From positions 593,811 to 657,810 of the forward strand of contig JACKAM010000002.1 of the NCBI GenBank assembly GCA_020635075.1: a stretch of 64,000 nucleotides of DNA, read 5' to 3'. Under the pieces are notes generated by a model. The model worked only from the letters and a program-made list of their open reading frames with translations. It had not been told where the DNA came from and ran no database searches. Positions 40,560-48,494 of this stretch are shown in pieces. Position 1 is the first letter of the stretch, and every line of letters begins with the position of its first letter. The position numbers were made by a program, and so were the translations under genes. This stretch comes from Pseudobdellovibrionaceae bacterium (GTDB lineage: Bacteria > Bdellovibrionota > Bdellovibrionia > Bdellovibrionales > UBA1609).

Positions 40560-42056
40560 TTACTTACAAAATGGAGCGTCGGGCATGATCTGGCAGAGAG
40601 CTTCACAAAGAGCGGGATCGCCGAGAGGACAATCGCCTCCTCCACCACCGCCGCCGCCACCGCCACCGGAGGACTGGCCGACATAGATCTTGTAAGAAGA
40701 GGCCTGGTTGCCGTTAGCGTCTTTCACAGAGACGGTGGTTTCACCCTTTGCCACACCAGTCAGCATACCGCTCGCATCGATAGTTGCGACCCCAGTGTCT
40801 GAGCTAGCGAAGGTCAAAGGTGCTACGCCGTTTCTGGCCGAGAAGGCAAGTTTGTCGCCAACTGCAAGAGTTTCTGCGAAGGGAACAACATACATCTTTT
40901 TGTCTAGCAGAGCTGTCATTGCCGCTCCGGCATCCACACGGCAGTCACAAGCTGTTTCAATGCCGACCTTGGCTGCTGTTGACTGAATCAGTGAGCGAAC
41001 CTCAACACCGGTCATGGTGGGGTCCTGAGCCAAAAGCAGAGCCACAACTCCGGACACCAATGGCGTTGCCATGGAAGTTCCGGATAGGTTGCCGTATTTG
41101 TTGTTGGGAAGGGTGCTCATAATGCCTTCACCTGGAGCCGCTACGTCCACCGTGTGCTTACCGTAGTTGGACCAACTGGGCTTTTTGTCACCCTCTCCAC
41201 TGGCTGCAACCGAGATCATGTTGGGCGTGTTGGCATTGGCTGGGAACACATCTGTACGATCGTTAGACTTCCCATCATTGGCGGCCGCCACCACAAAAAT
41301 GACTCCAGCCTTGTCAGCTCTTTCCACTGCTTCAATAAGTGGCTTCGCCTGAGACCTGGGAACTGCGGCTCCCCAGCTGGCAGAAATCACGCGAGCTCCC
41401 TTTTCGATGGCGTAGTCAATGGACTTGATCCCCGCCATAAGGTCTCCACCGCCATCGGCGCCAAGAAAACGAATCGGCATAACCGAGACTTCAGGGCTCA
41501 GACCGATAATTCCCCCGTCAGCCAGGCCAGATGCGCCTAAGCTTCCTGTACAGTGAGTACCGTGTCCGGGGTTGCGGCCAACGATGTCCATTGGATCATT
41601 GTCGTTATCTTTAAAGTCATAACCAGGAATCATATTGGCCCGGAGAGATTCGTGATTGTAATCCACACCGGTGTCAATGACGGCAACAATCACGTTCTTG
41701 CTACCTCTGTTGCCGGCCTTTTGCCAAGCTTGCTCAGCGTTTACCTTAACGTTGGCCCATTGTTTTTTAAGAGCCATGGGTTCAACCGGAGTGGTGATCG
41801 CGCGAAGCTTGAAGTTCTTCACCACATACTCAACGTTGCTGTTCTGTCTGAGAAGTTTTAGAGCCTCTTGCTCTTGAGAGTCTTCAATATTAACTTTCGT
41901 CAGCCCGGCAACGGAGTGAGTCTCCATCACACTGAGTCCCACCAGGTTTGAGAACGTCATCATTTTCTGAGACTTCTGCTTCACAATGTATTCGCCCGCC
42001 AACGATCCGCTAGCGAAAAAAAGTGCTATCACTGCCAAAATCAATCTTTGATTCAT
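40560..42056 (-). CDS. Secreted S8 (subtilisin-like) serine peptidase with Ig-like (Big_2-type) domain, Gly11 linker and 4-Cys C-terminal tail
   Basis: VAVIDTGVD (Asp), HGTHCTG (His) and GTSMATP (Ser) catalytic blocks. Signal peptide MNQRLILAVIALFFASGSLA. The C-terminus is SSG11DCPLGDPALCEALCQIMPDAPFCK. Confidence 0.9.
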   Translation of the reverse strand: MNQRLILAVIALFFASGSLAGEYIVKQKSQKMMTFSNLVGLSVMETHSVAGLTKVNIEDSQEQEALKLLRQNSNVEYVVKNFKLRAITTPVEPMALKKQWANVKVNAEQAWQKAGNRGSKNVIVAVIDTGVDYNHESLRANMIPGYDFKDNDNDPMDIVGRNPGHGTHCTGSLGASGLADGGIIGLSPEVSVMPIRFLGADGGGDLMAGIKSIDYAIEKGARVISASWGAAVPRSQAKPLIEAVERADKAGVIFVVAAANDGKSNDRTDVFPANANTPNMISVAASGEGDKKPSWSNYGKHTVDVAAPGEGIMSTLPNNKYGNLSGTSMATPLVSGVVALLLAQDPTMTGVEVRSLIQSTAAKVGIETACDCRVDAGAAMTALLDKKMYVVPFAETLAVGDKLAFSARNGVAPLTFASSDTGVATIDASGMLTGVAKGETTVSVKDANGNQASSYKIYVGQSSGGGGGGGGGGGDCPLGDPALCEALCQIMPDAPFCK

Positions 42057-42321
42057 AATCCACCCTCCTTAGTGGTTCCAAAATGGGAACACCTGATCCA
42101 ACCATGGTCCAGCGTCCTTCGCCAAATTTTTTGTGATAAACCCCTGAAGTAAGGTGCGCGTCGGGTCCTTGGTCCGTATCACCAGTGATACAACCTAGAC
42201 CTTTTTTGCCCGAACCTAGCCTGACGTCTAGGTCGTGAGTTGAGGTGCCACCCCCAGACCAAGTGTTTTTGAAAATTGAATTTGAAGAGGCTTTGTCCGG
42301 ATGTTGCCGCCTAATTAGGTT

Positions 42322-43365
42322 TTATCCTCGATTTAGCTCTGCCGTGCTTAGTCCCCGTTTTATCATGAATTCTATCGCATCATTTGCATTAATATGTTCA
42401 ATTTCGATTTCCGGGTGAGAATCTTTGAAAACCCTGAAAACCTCATCGACAAAGGCTTGCCCTACGGCGCTTATGCCTTTGAAATCCAAAATCACGTGGT
42501 TGAATTTTTCAATTCCTTTTAGAATTCTTTTTGCCTGAGATCGAGAGACAAACCGTTCATCACCCAACTTACTAAATTGAACCAATATATGAGTTTTGTC
42601 GAAGGCTTTGGTTTCGGGGTTTTGATAGTGATCGAAAATATCTTGAAGGTCTCTTTTTGAGTTCTTCATTATCTCCATTGTGACTATCGTGCCTTTACCC
42701 TTAGAATTTTCCCGATCCTCAATAAACCAATCATCCTGGGAGTTATCCCTAACATACAATAGGCCGTTCGAATATATCGTGAAGACATCAAAAGCTCTGG
42801 AACTAAAAAAGATTCCTTCACCACTGTGGTAGTCGGGAGCCGTCGTAAATTTTCCTTTGATCAAATGTAGAACGGACTCTCTGATGTCCTCCAGGTTTAA
42901 ATATTCCTGAATTTTTCTAAACACGCCAATTCCGTCGTCTGTAATTGTGAGCTCGATTTTTTCAGCATCAACTCCGACATCTACCTTGATTTTTTTGCCC
43001 TCTGAGTGATCTACGGCATTATTAAAGATCTCCCCAAAGCCATAGTAGCAGATGTCTTCAACTCCTTTGTCTATGCCCTTAAATGTCGACGATAAGCTAT
43101 CATCCCAGACTTTGTGCTCTTCGGGATGCTCTACTATTTTGAACACAAGCTCCTTGTTGAGAGCTCCCGCGAGGTAGTACCTTGCCCCCCTTTTTGCTCC
43201 CGTCTTTATCAGCTTTTCATTGTTGATGAGTGTATTGATGTGCCTGTGAACCGTCGTCCTCGTGACGCCAAACTTTCTTTCGACCACCTCAACCAGGTCA
43301 GAGGGATGTTGCGCAACTGACGTCAGGATAAACTCTCTAATTTTCTCAGCCCTGTCTTTACCCAC
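42322..43365 (-). CDS. Orphan fusion protein: N-terminal winged-helix HTH + GHKL (SpoIIAB-like) ATPase + C-terminal STAS-like DUF4325
   Basis: HTH-like GVTRTTVHRHINTLINNEKLIKTG. N-box EIFNNAVDHS, G1 DDGIGV, G2 GEGIFF. DUF4325-like VILDFKGISAVGQAFVDEVFRVF. The gene is AT-rich. Confidence 0.7.
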   Translation of the reverse strand: MGKDRAEKIREFILTSVAQHPSDLVEVVERKFGVTRTTVHRHINTLINNEKLIKTGAKRGARYYLAGALNKELVFKIVEHPEEHKVWDDSLSSTFKGIDKGVEDICYYGFGEIFNNAVDHSEGKKIKVDVGVDAEKIELTITDDGIGVFRKIQEYLNLEDIRESVLHLIKGKFTTAPDYHSGEGIFFSSRAFDVFTIYSNGLLYVRDNSQDDWFIEDRENSKGKGTIVTMEIMKNSKRDLQDIFDHYQNPETKAFDKTHILVQFSKLGDERFVSRSQAKRILKGIEKFNHVILDFKGISAVGQAFVDEVFRVFKDSHPEIEIEHINANDAIEFMIKRGLSTAELNRG

Positions 43366-43816
43366 TGACTCAGTCCTTTTATCGGTTTTGTAACTATCGA
43401 TACTCTCATTTATAACGGTCTAGACCACTTTTATCAACTAGTTATTTAAATTTTAAGACCTAGTTTTAAATATATGGTAACTGTCCGTGTGAGTATTTAT
43501 AACTATCTGCTCATCGGCGACCCGGCAGCATCCAGTCAGGCCGATTAAACCCCCAAAAGCCATCCTCAATAGTACATAAAATATTGGAATTATGTATTTT
43601 TTCCAGATTTCGCCACCGATTGGCCATTCAAAGAGCGATCACAAACAAAGGCTGGGATCGAGGTGTCAGATTTAACACTATATGGATAGATATAAACAAC
43701 TAGTTCTATAGGTCAAGCCCCCCCTTGCTCAAAAAGGCCCGACTGCCATGCCCAGTTTAAGCGGGGGGCACCACTCCCCTTCTCCGCCTGGAGCCAGGCG
43801 CCTAACGTCTTATGAC

Positions 43817-44446
43817 CTAGCAGCCTCGATAAGTTGTGTGGTTTTTGCAGAGCGGGACTAGTTCACCTTTTTCATTGCGCTTGTAAAGACCATAGTTGTC
43901 GGTCAGCTTTCCCTGTTCGTTGCCAATAAAGTACACTTCCCCGTCAGCCATAAAGGCGCTTGTCGGCACAACTCGAAAGTCATCCTCCCAGCCAATCTGG
44001 TCGCCGTAATAATTGAATTGCCAAGTCAGCAAGAAGTTCCCACATGCTCCAAAGAACTTGCGAACCTTTTGCCCTGCTGGTTCACTTCTAGAGATCATAA
44101 CGTCCTTAGGTCTCAGGCTAACTAGAGCCTCCTTTGCCCCACCAATTGAACGCCGGTCCAGGATCTCCGCATCGGGAATGCTTGTATTGTCTTCAGGCAG
44201 CCAAATTTTTTGATCGCCAGCCTTCTCACCTTCTTCTTTTGGAGGGCCACCAATCCTCCATAGACCCTCGGCCACCATTACCGTTGGGTGAGTGTGCCAG
44301 TGCCCTATATCGGACACCGGCCTCAAGGGTCGAACAATAAGATATCGCATCGTGATCTTCTCATTCCCAACCCTTAAGTCAGAAGGATCGTGAACCTCCA
44401 AGCGGCCAACTAAGTCTGCATAGGTAACTGACCCGACCCCCTCAAA
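43817..44446 (-). pseudogene. Cupin-like hypothetical gene, 3' portion, interrupted by IS3 insertion
   Basis: The track ORF starts only at a GTG inside the IS3 left terminal repeat. A GHWHTHP cupin-like motif is present. The 5' portion is found in frame beyond the IS (47209-47298). Confidence 0.55.
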
Positions 44447-44483
44447 CTTGACCACCTAGAGTCGAGCGATTAGAGGAGGGTAT

Positions 44484-44768
44484 ATGGGAAAACGAGGCAA
44501 AAGATACACATCAGAACAGATCATCACCAAGCTTCGGGAGGCTGAAGTCCTGCAAAGTCAGGGTGCCTCTCAGGCACGGATCTGCAAGCAGCTAGGCGTT
44601 GCTGTGGACACATACATCCGTTGGCGAAAAGAGTACGGCGGGATGCGAGTCGATCAAGCTAAACGCCTGAAAGACCTGGAAAAAGAGAATCAGCGTCTTA
44701 AAAAGCTAGTTGCAGATCTCGCTCTCGACAAGGCAATGCTCGAAGAGGTTAACAAGGGAAACTTCTGA
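44484..44768 (+). CDS. IS3-family transposase OrfA (HTH)
   Basis: KRYTSEQIITKLREAEV...ICKQLGV...YIRWRKEYGGM...LKDLEKENQRLKKLVADL. Confidence 0.9.
   Translation: MGKRGKRYTSEQIITKLREAEVLQSQGASQARICKQLGVAVDTYIRWRKEYGGMRVDQAKRLKDLEKENQRLKKLVADLALDKAMLEEVNKGNF
44756..44762 (+). other. Candidate -1 programmed frameshift heptamer G_GGA_AAC joining OrfA to OrfB
   Basis: An X_XXY_YYZ heptamer in the correct phase of OrfA (codons AAG GGA AAC). The orfB frame is -1 and open from here. Confidence 0.5.
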
Positions 44769-44797
44769 GCCCGGCGCGGAAGAGGCAGGCAGCGGCA

Positions 44798-45322
44798 ATG
44801 CTTGTTGAGCGCTTCTCCACTTCTGAACGTCGGGCCTGTAAGGTTTTGGGACTTCATCGCAATACAAAGCGCTACCAGCCAAAAGAAGATAGGGTGAACC
44901 GTGAGGTCACCCCCAGGATCATCCACTATGCCGGTGAATATGGCCGCTATGGATACAAGCGAGTGACTGCCCTAGTTCGCGCCGAAGGCTTCAAGATCAA
45001 TCACAAAAGAGTTTATCGCATTTGGCGACAGGAAGGCCTTAAGGTCCCGGAAAAACAGCCAAAACGAAGTCGTCTGTGGTTCAACGATGGCTCCTGCATT
45101 AGGAAACGGCCCGAGTACAAGAACCATGTCTGGTCCTACGACTTTGTTCACGACTACACCTATGACGGAAGGCCCATAAAGATGCTCACAATCCTCGACG
45201 AGTTTTCCCGTGAAAGCCTCGCCATTGTTGTAAACCGGAAACTTAACTCACTCGATGTGTTAGAAACACTTGCAGATCTTTTTGTTCAGCGAGGAGTGCC
45301 AAAGTACATTCGATCAGATAAC
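44798..45322 (+). pseudogene. IS3 transposase OrfB, N-terminal part (interrupted after ...KYIRSDN)
   Basis: HTH_21/rve start: ACKVLGLHRNTKRY...HVWSYDFV...ILDEFSRE. The conserved SDNGPEF block is split at 45322/45323. Confidence 0.85.
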
Positions 45323-46910
45323 GTACTAAATGAGATGGCAAGTTAAAAGTTTAGACAAAGCTCCGCCGTTTGCGGCATCCATTCCGCGAAGAATTCAGAA
45401 ATCATATCTCACCCGGCTTCCGAACCTGAATGAAAAATGCTTCTACCATAGTGACACAAGGTCGGATGTTATCCGCCTTCACTGTACTTAAAACGAAGTT
45501 TAATCTCAGCCGGAAGACCCAAGCATTGTCTACGAGGTCGGTTTATGAGACCGCCTCCACGGCCCGTTGTGAGCGGGTTTTTCCGGTGAGCACAGGCTCG
45601 TAAAATGGCCTGTAAATAGTTTGTTCCTTTATCAATTTAAAAATAACTCGTGCCAGCTTTGCGGTCACAGCAGTGTATGCGCGCCGCTTTAGATCGCTAT
45701 TGGTGGGGTCTGCTTTGACATAGCGATTAAATTTGTCTCTGAAAGTGTTCTCGCGTAGCCGAAGCGCGACTGTTGCCGCAATCCAAAGCGCTGACCTGAG
45801 TCGAGCGTTTCCCCGTTTGGAAATTGAAGATCGTCCTCGAAAAAGACCAGATTGTTGAGTAGAAAGATCTAGGCCGCAGAATTTTAAAAACTGCTTCTCG
45901 TGATGAAAACGTCGAAGATCTCCAGCTTCCGCTAATATAGTAAGCGCGATGATTGGGCCAATGCCGGGAACTGATCGAAGTATCTGGTAGTCGCGATTGT
46001 CTTTTAACTTTTTGTGAGCGATCTTCTCGAGCTCATCTCGCTTTTTGCAAAGCCTCAGATGTTCTTCGAGCATCATTCGAAACATCTGGACAACATTTGA
46101 CTCCAAAGAAACGGGAACTCCGATGCTTGACCGAGCACACTCATAGAAGTCGGCGAGGATCTCGCCTTTCCCCTGTTTTGATGATAGCAATGCTCGAGCC
46201 GAATCAACGAAGGTCGATCTTTCAATCGCGGTCACTGCAGCGGGTGTGGGATATACTGAAAGCAAACGGCCGAACCATCCGGCACGACTTGAACCAAAGA
46301 ACTTCTCTGCCTCAGGAAAATAGATGGGCAGGTAGTGATTAAGAATACTGTGTTGAAGTCTCGTCTTCCGCAAGGAGATCTGAAAGTGAGAATTTGAAAG
46401 CTCTTGGAGATCATTATTGCCTCGAAGAACTGGGTCATGAAATACAGTTGAGATATGATTACGCAGAAGATGAATCATCACTTGAGCATCTTTTGGGTCA
46501 TTTTTGTCCCAAGTACTGTGGAGCGCTTCTCTCGTTCGTGCAACGGCAAGCGACGATATTAGCCGAACATCGAAGCCTGAAGTTTGTAGGTAGTAAGCAA
46601 TCGCTCGGTGGTAGTCAGCTGTAGGTTCGAAACCAATCGTGCATGGCAAAGAAAACCCTCGTAAGCGGTCAGCCAGGTCATCAAAATCCTCCCGACAGTT
46701 GCGTACGGTTAAGCGCAGACGTCGCCCCTCGGGGGTCTCGATGAGAATGTCATGCTTGTACTTGGCTATATCTATTGCTACCAAAACCTTTAAATCCTGA
46801 TTAGACTGTTGTTGCATTATTTAAAGCTCCTCTTCGTTGAATTTGCGTTGTAAGCAAACCAAGTTTACGTGGAGGAGCCCTTCCTGACTACTTGCATCTT
46901 GAGGTACTAC
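45323..46910 (-). mobile_element. IS110-family insertion sequence nested in IS3 orfB
   Basis: Removing exactly 45323-46910 rejoins orfB in frame (..RSDN|GPEF..). AC is present at both junctions (45321-45322 and 46909-46910). There are no long terminal IRs, as expected for IS110. The non-coding ends measure 93 nt (5') and 220 nt (3'). Confidence 0.85.
45543..46817 (-). CDS. IS110-family (DEDD) transposase/recombinase
   Basis: VAIDIAKYKH...GFEPTADYH...DKNDPKDA (DEDD_Tnp_IS110). C-terminal LRSVPGIGPIIALTILAEAGDLRRF...SGLFRGRSSISKRGNARLR (Transposase_20). Confidence 0.9.
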   Translation of the reverse strand: MQQQSNQDLKVLVAIDIAKYKHDILIETPEGRRLRLTVRNCREDFDDLADRLRGFSLPCTIGFEPTADYHRAIAYYLQTSGFDVRLISSLAVARTREALHSTWDKNDPKDAQVMIHLLRNHISTVFHDPVLRGNNDLQELSNSHFQISLRKTRLQHSILNHYLPIYFPEAEKFFGSSRAGWFGRLLSVYPTPAAVTAIERSTFVDSARALLSSKQGKGEILADFYECARSSIGVPVSLESNVVQMFRMMLEEHLRLCKKRDELEKIAHKKLKDNRDYQILRSVPGIGPIIALTILAEAGDLRRFHHEKQFLKFCGLDLSTQQSGLFRGRSSISKRGNARLRSALWIAATVALRLRENTFRDKFNRYVKADPTNSDLKRRAYTAVTAKLARVIFKLIKEQTIYRPFYEPVLTGKTRSQRAVEAVS

Positions 46911-47186
46911 GGTCCGGAATTTATTGCCAAGAGGTTGCAGGACTGGTTCCAAAAACTTAGCGTCAGTCCATTGTTTATAACTCCGGGAAGCCCGTGGGAA
47001 AACGGATACATAGAATCGTTTAACGGCAGGCTGCGCGACGAGCTTTTAAACGGCGAGCTGTTTTATACCTTGAAGGAGGCTCAAGTTTTGATTGAAAAAT
47101 GGCGAAGGAATTACAACACTGTTAGGCCTCATAGCAGCCTAGGTTACAGACCACCAGCTCCTGAGGCATTAACACTTGCTATGTAA
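46911..47186 (+). pseudogene. IS3 transposase OrfB, C-terminal part
   Basis: [12 protein letters not shown]...[21 protein letters not shown]...[15 protein letters not shown]. Confidence 0.85.
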
Positions 47187-47208
47187 ACCGCTCGACTGTA
47201 TGTGGTGC

Positions 47209-47298
47209 AAAGAGTGGGGTCCGGTCACCTTTAGTCACAGGGACTAATAGCATATCTAGAAGAACGTCTAGGTTTACTTGTGCATCTGGAGTTACCAT
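47209..47298 (-). pseudogene. 5' fragment (30 codons) of the IS3-interrupted cupin-like gene
   Basis: Minus-strand ATG at 47298 reads MVTPDAQVNLDVLLDMLLVPVTKGDRTPLF. Its last codon TTT (47209-47211) equals the TTT at 44444-44446, and the two halves join in frame. Confidence 0.45.
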
Positions 47299-47427
47299 AA
47301 CTCATTTTCGGAAATGCTAATTGGAAAGTCATATGCAGTTGTCGGAAATATTGGAGATAAGCCTCGTAAAATTTGCCTGACTTTTGGCCGATAGCTTAGT
47401 GTTAAGGAACCATTTTTAGGAGCAACA

Positions 47428-48345
47428 GTGGCAATACCCAGCTTTAGATCATTTTTAAGACCCGTCCTTGAAATCATGGCAGAGATAAACGAAGTTTCTA
47501 ATCCGAGGGCAAAGCTGGTTCCTATTGTAAAAGAGAAGATGGGCTTTAGCGATGAGGAAGCCGCTGAAAGGTTGGAGTCTGGCGGTAATAGACTTCAAAA
47601 TCGTGTTGGATGGGCGTTAACCTACCTTAAGAAATCTGGGCTAATCGAGTCACCAAAAAGAGGCGTGGCCACAATCACTGAGTCTGGACGTAATTTTCTT
47701 AACGAGCATGACGGCCCGATCTCACCAAAAGATCTCGAAGTATTTCCTGGTTATTTGGAGTTTAAAGCGGGAAATAAAAACAACGAAAAAAATGGCTCAG
47801 CTGAACCTGAAACAGATATTGATGAAATCGATCCAGAAGAAAAAATTAATATGGGCTTCAAAGAAATTAAAAACTCTGTGATTGATGAACTTCAAGAGAA
47901 GCTACTTGAGCTTACCCCCACGCAGTTTGAAGAACTCGTATTGAATCTCATTCAGGCCCTAGGCTATGGCATTCAAACAGGGAAAATCGAGCACACAGGC
48001 GGTTCTGGCGACTTTGGGATTGATGGCATTGTCCACTTAGACAAACTTGGCCTCGACAAGATATACCTTCAGGCTAAAAGATATAAACCATCCAATAAAA
48101 TCAGCAGCTCCGAGATTCAAAAGTTTTTTGGAGCCTTAAAAGGAAGACATGCTTCTAAAGGGATCTTCCTTACTACATCCTCATATCAACCGAGTGCCCT
48201 GGAATACGCTCAAACTGTCTCCGATACACTGGTTTTACTTGATGGCCGCCAAATAGCCGAGCACATGATCGATGCAAAAGTGGGCGTATCTGCAAAGAGA
48301 AAAATCATAATCCCTGAGATAGACAACGACTATTTCGATAACTAA
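47428..48345 (+). CDS. mrr: Mrr-family type IV (modification-dependent) restriction endonuclease
   Basis: Mrr_N: IPSFRSFLRPVLEIM...LQNRVGWALTYLKKSGLIE. Mrr_cat: FEELVLNLIQALGY...GGSGDFGIDGIV...IYLQAKRY. Confidence 0.9.
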   Translation: MAIPSFRSFLRPVLEIMAEINEVSNPRAKLVPIVKEKMGFSDEEAAERLESGGNRLQNRVGWALTYLKKSGLIESPKRGVATITESGRNFLNEHDGPISPKDLEVFPGYLEFKAGNKNNEKNGSAEPETDIDEIDPEEKINMGFKEIKNSVIDELQEKLLELTPTQFEELVLNLIQALGYGIQTGKIEHTGGSGDFGIDGIVHLDKLGLDKIYLQAKRYKPSNKISSSEIQKFFGALKGRHASKGIFLTTSSYQPSALEYAQTVSDTLVLLDGRQIAEHMIDAKVGVSAKRKIIIPEIDNDYFDN

Positions 48346-48494
48346 AAGTTCAGTCAGCACACTCATAAGTTATTGATATCTCTAGAATTTCAAATTTTCT
48401 TTACCCAGGCGGTTGGCCCCTAAAACAGTGAGACTTGCATCTTGAGTCATGGTGCGCCATAACCCGGTCTGAGACCGGAAAAGGAGCACACAAG

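Larger units (their letters stand above)
44447..47208 (+). mobile_element. IS3-family insertion sequence (~1.17 kb) carrying a nested IS110-family element
   Basis: orfA and orfB in the 0/-1 frame arrangement. The terminal inverted repeats share ACCAC.TA.AGTCGAGCG (left core 44460-44468, right core 47189-47197). AAA flanks both sides (44444-44446 and 47209-47211). The exact ends are uncertain by about 2 bp. Confidence 0.8.

Noticed and set aside
40635-40667. GGN x11 repeat as a possible microsatellite or contingency locus.
   Set aside because: Mixed Gly codons (GGC, GGA, GGT) within an intact ORF. It is a coding poly-Gly linker rather than a slippage-prone perfect repeat.
42057-42321. Looked for a second copy of the tmRNA 3'-end repeat marking the left island boundary.
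   Set aside because: Only trivial similarity (CCGCCT) was found, so the left boundary of the island remains undefined.
45953-46342. 129-aa plus-strand ORF inside the IS110 element.
   Set aside because: It is antisense to the clearly recognisable DEDD transposase and has no motif support.
47292-47477. 61-aa minus-strand ORF overlapping the Mrr start.
   Set aside because: It overlaps the Mrr_N coding region antisense. The better-supported reading of this region is the 5' fragment of the IS-split gene, in a different frame.
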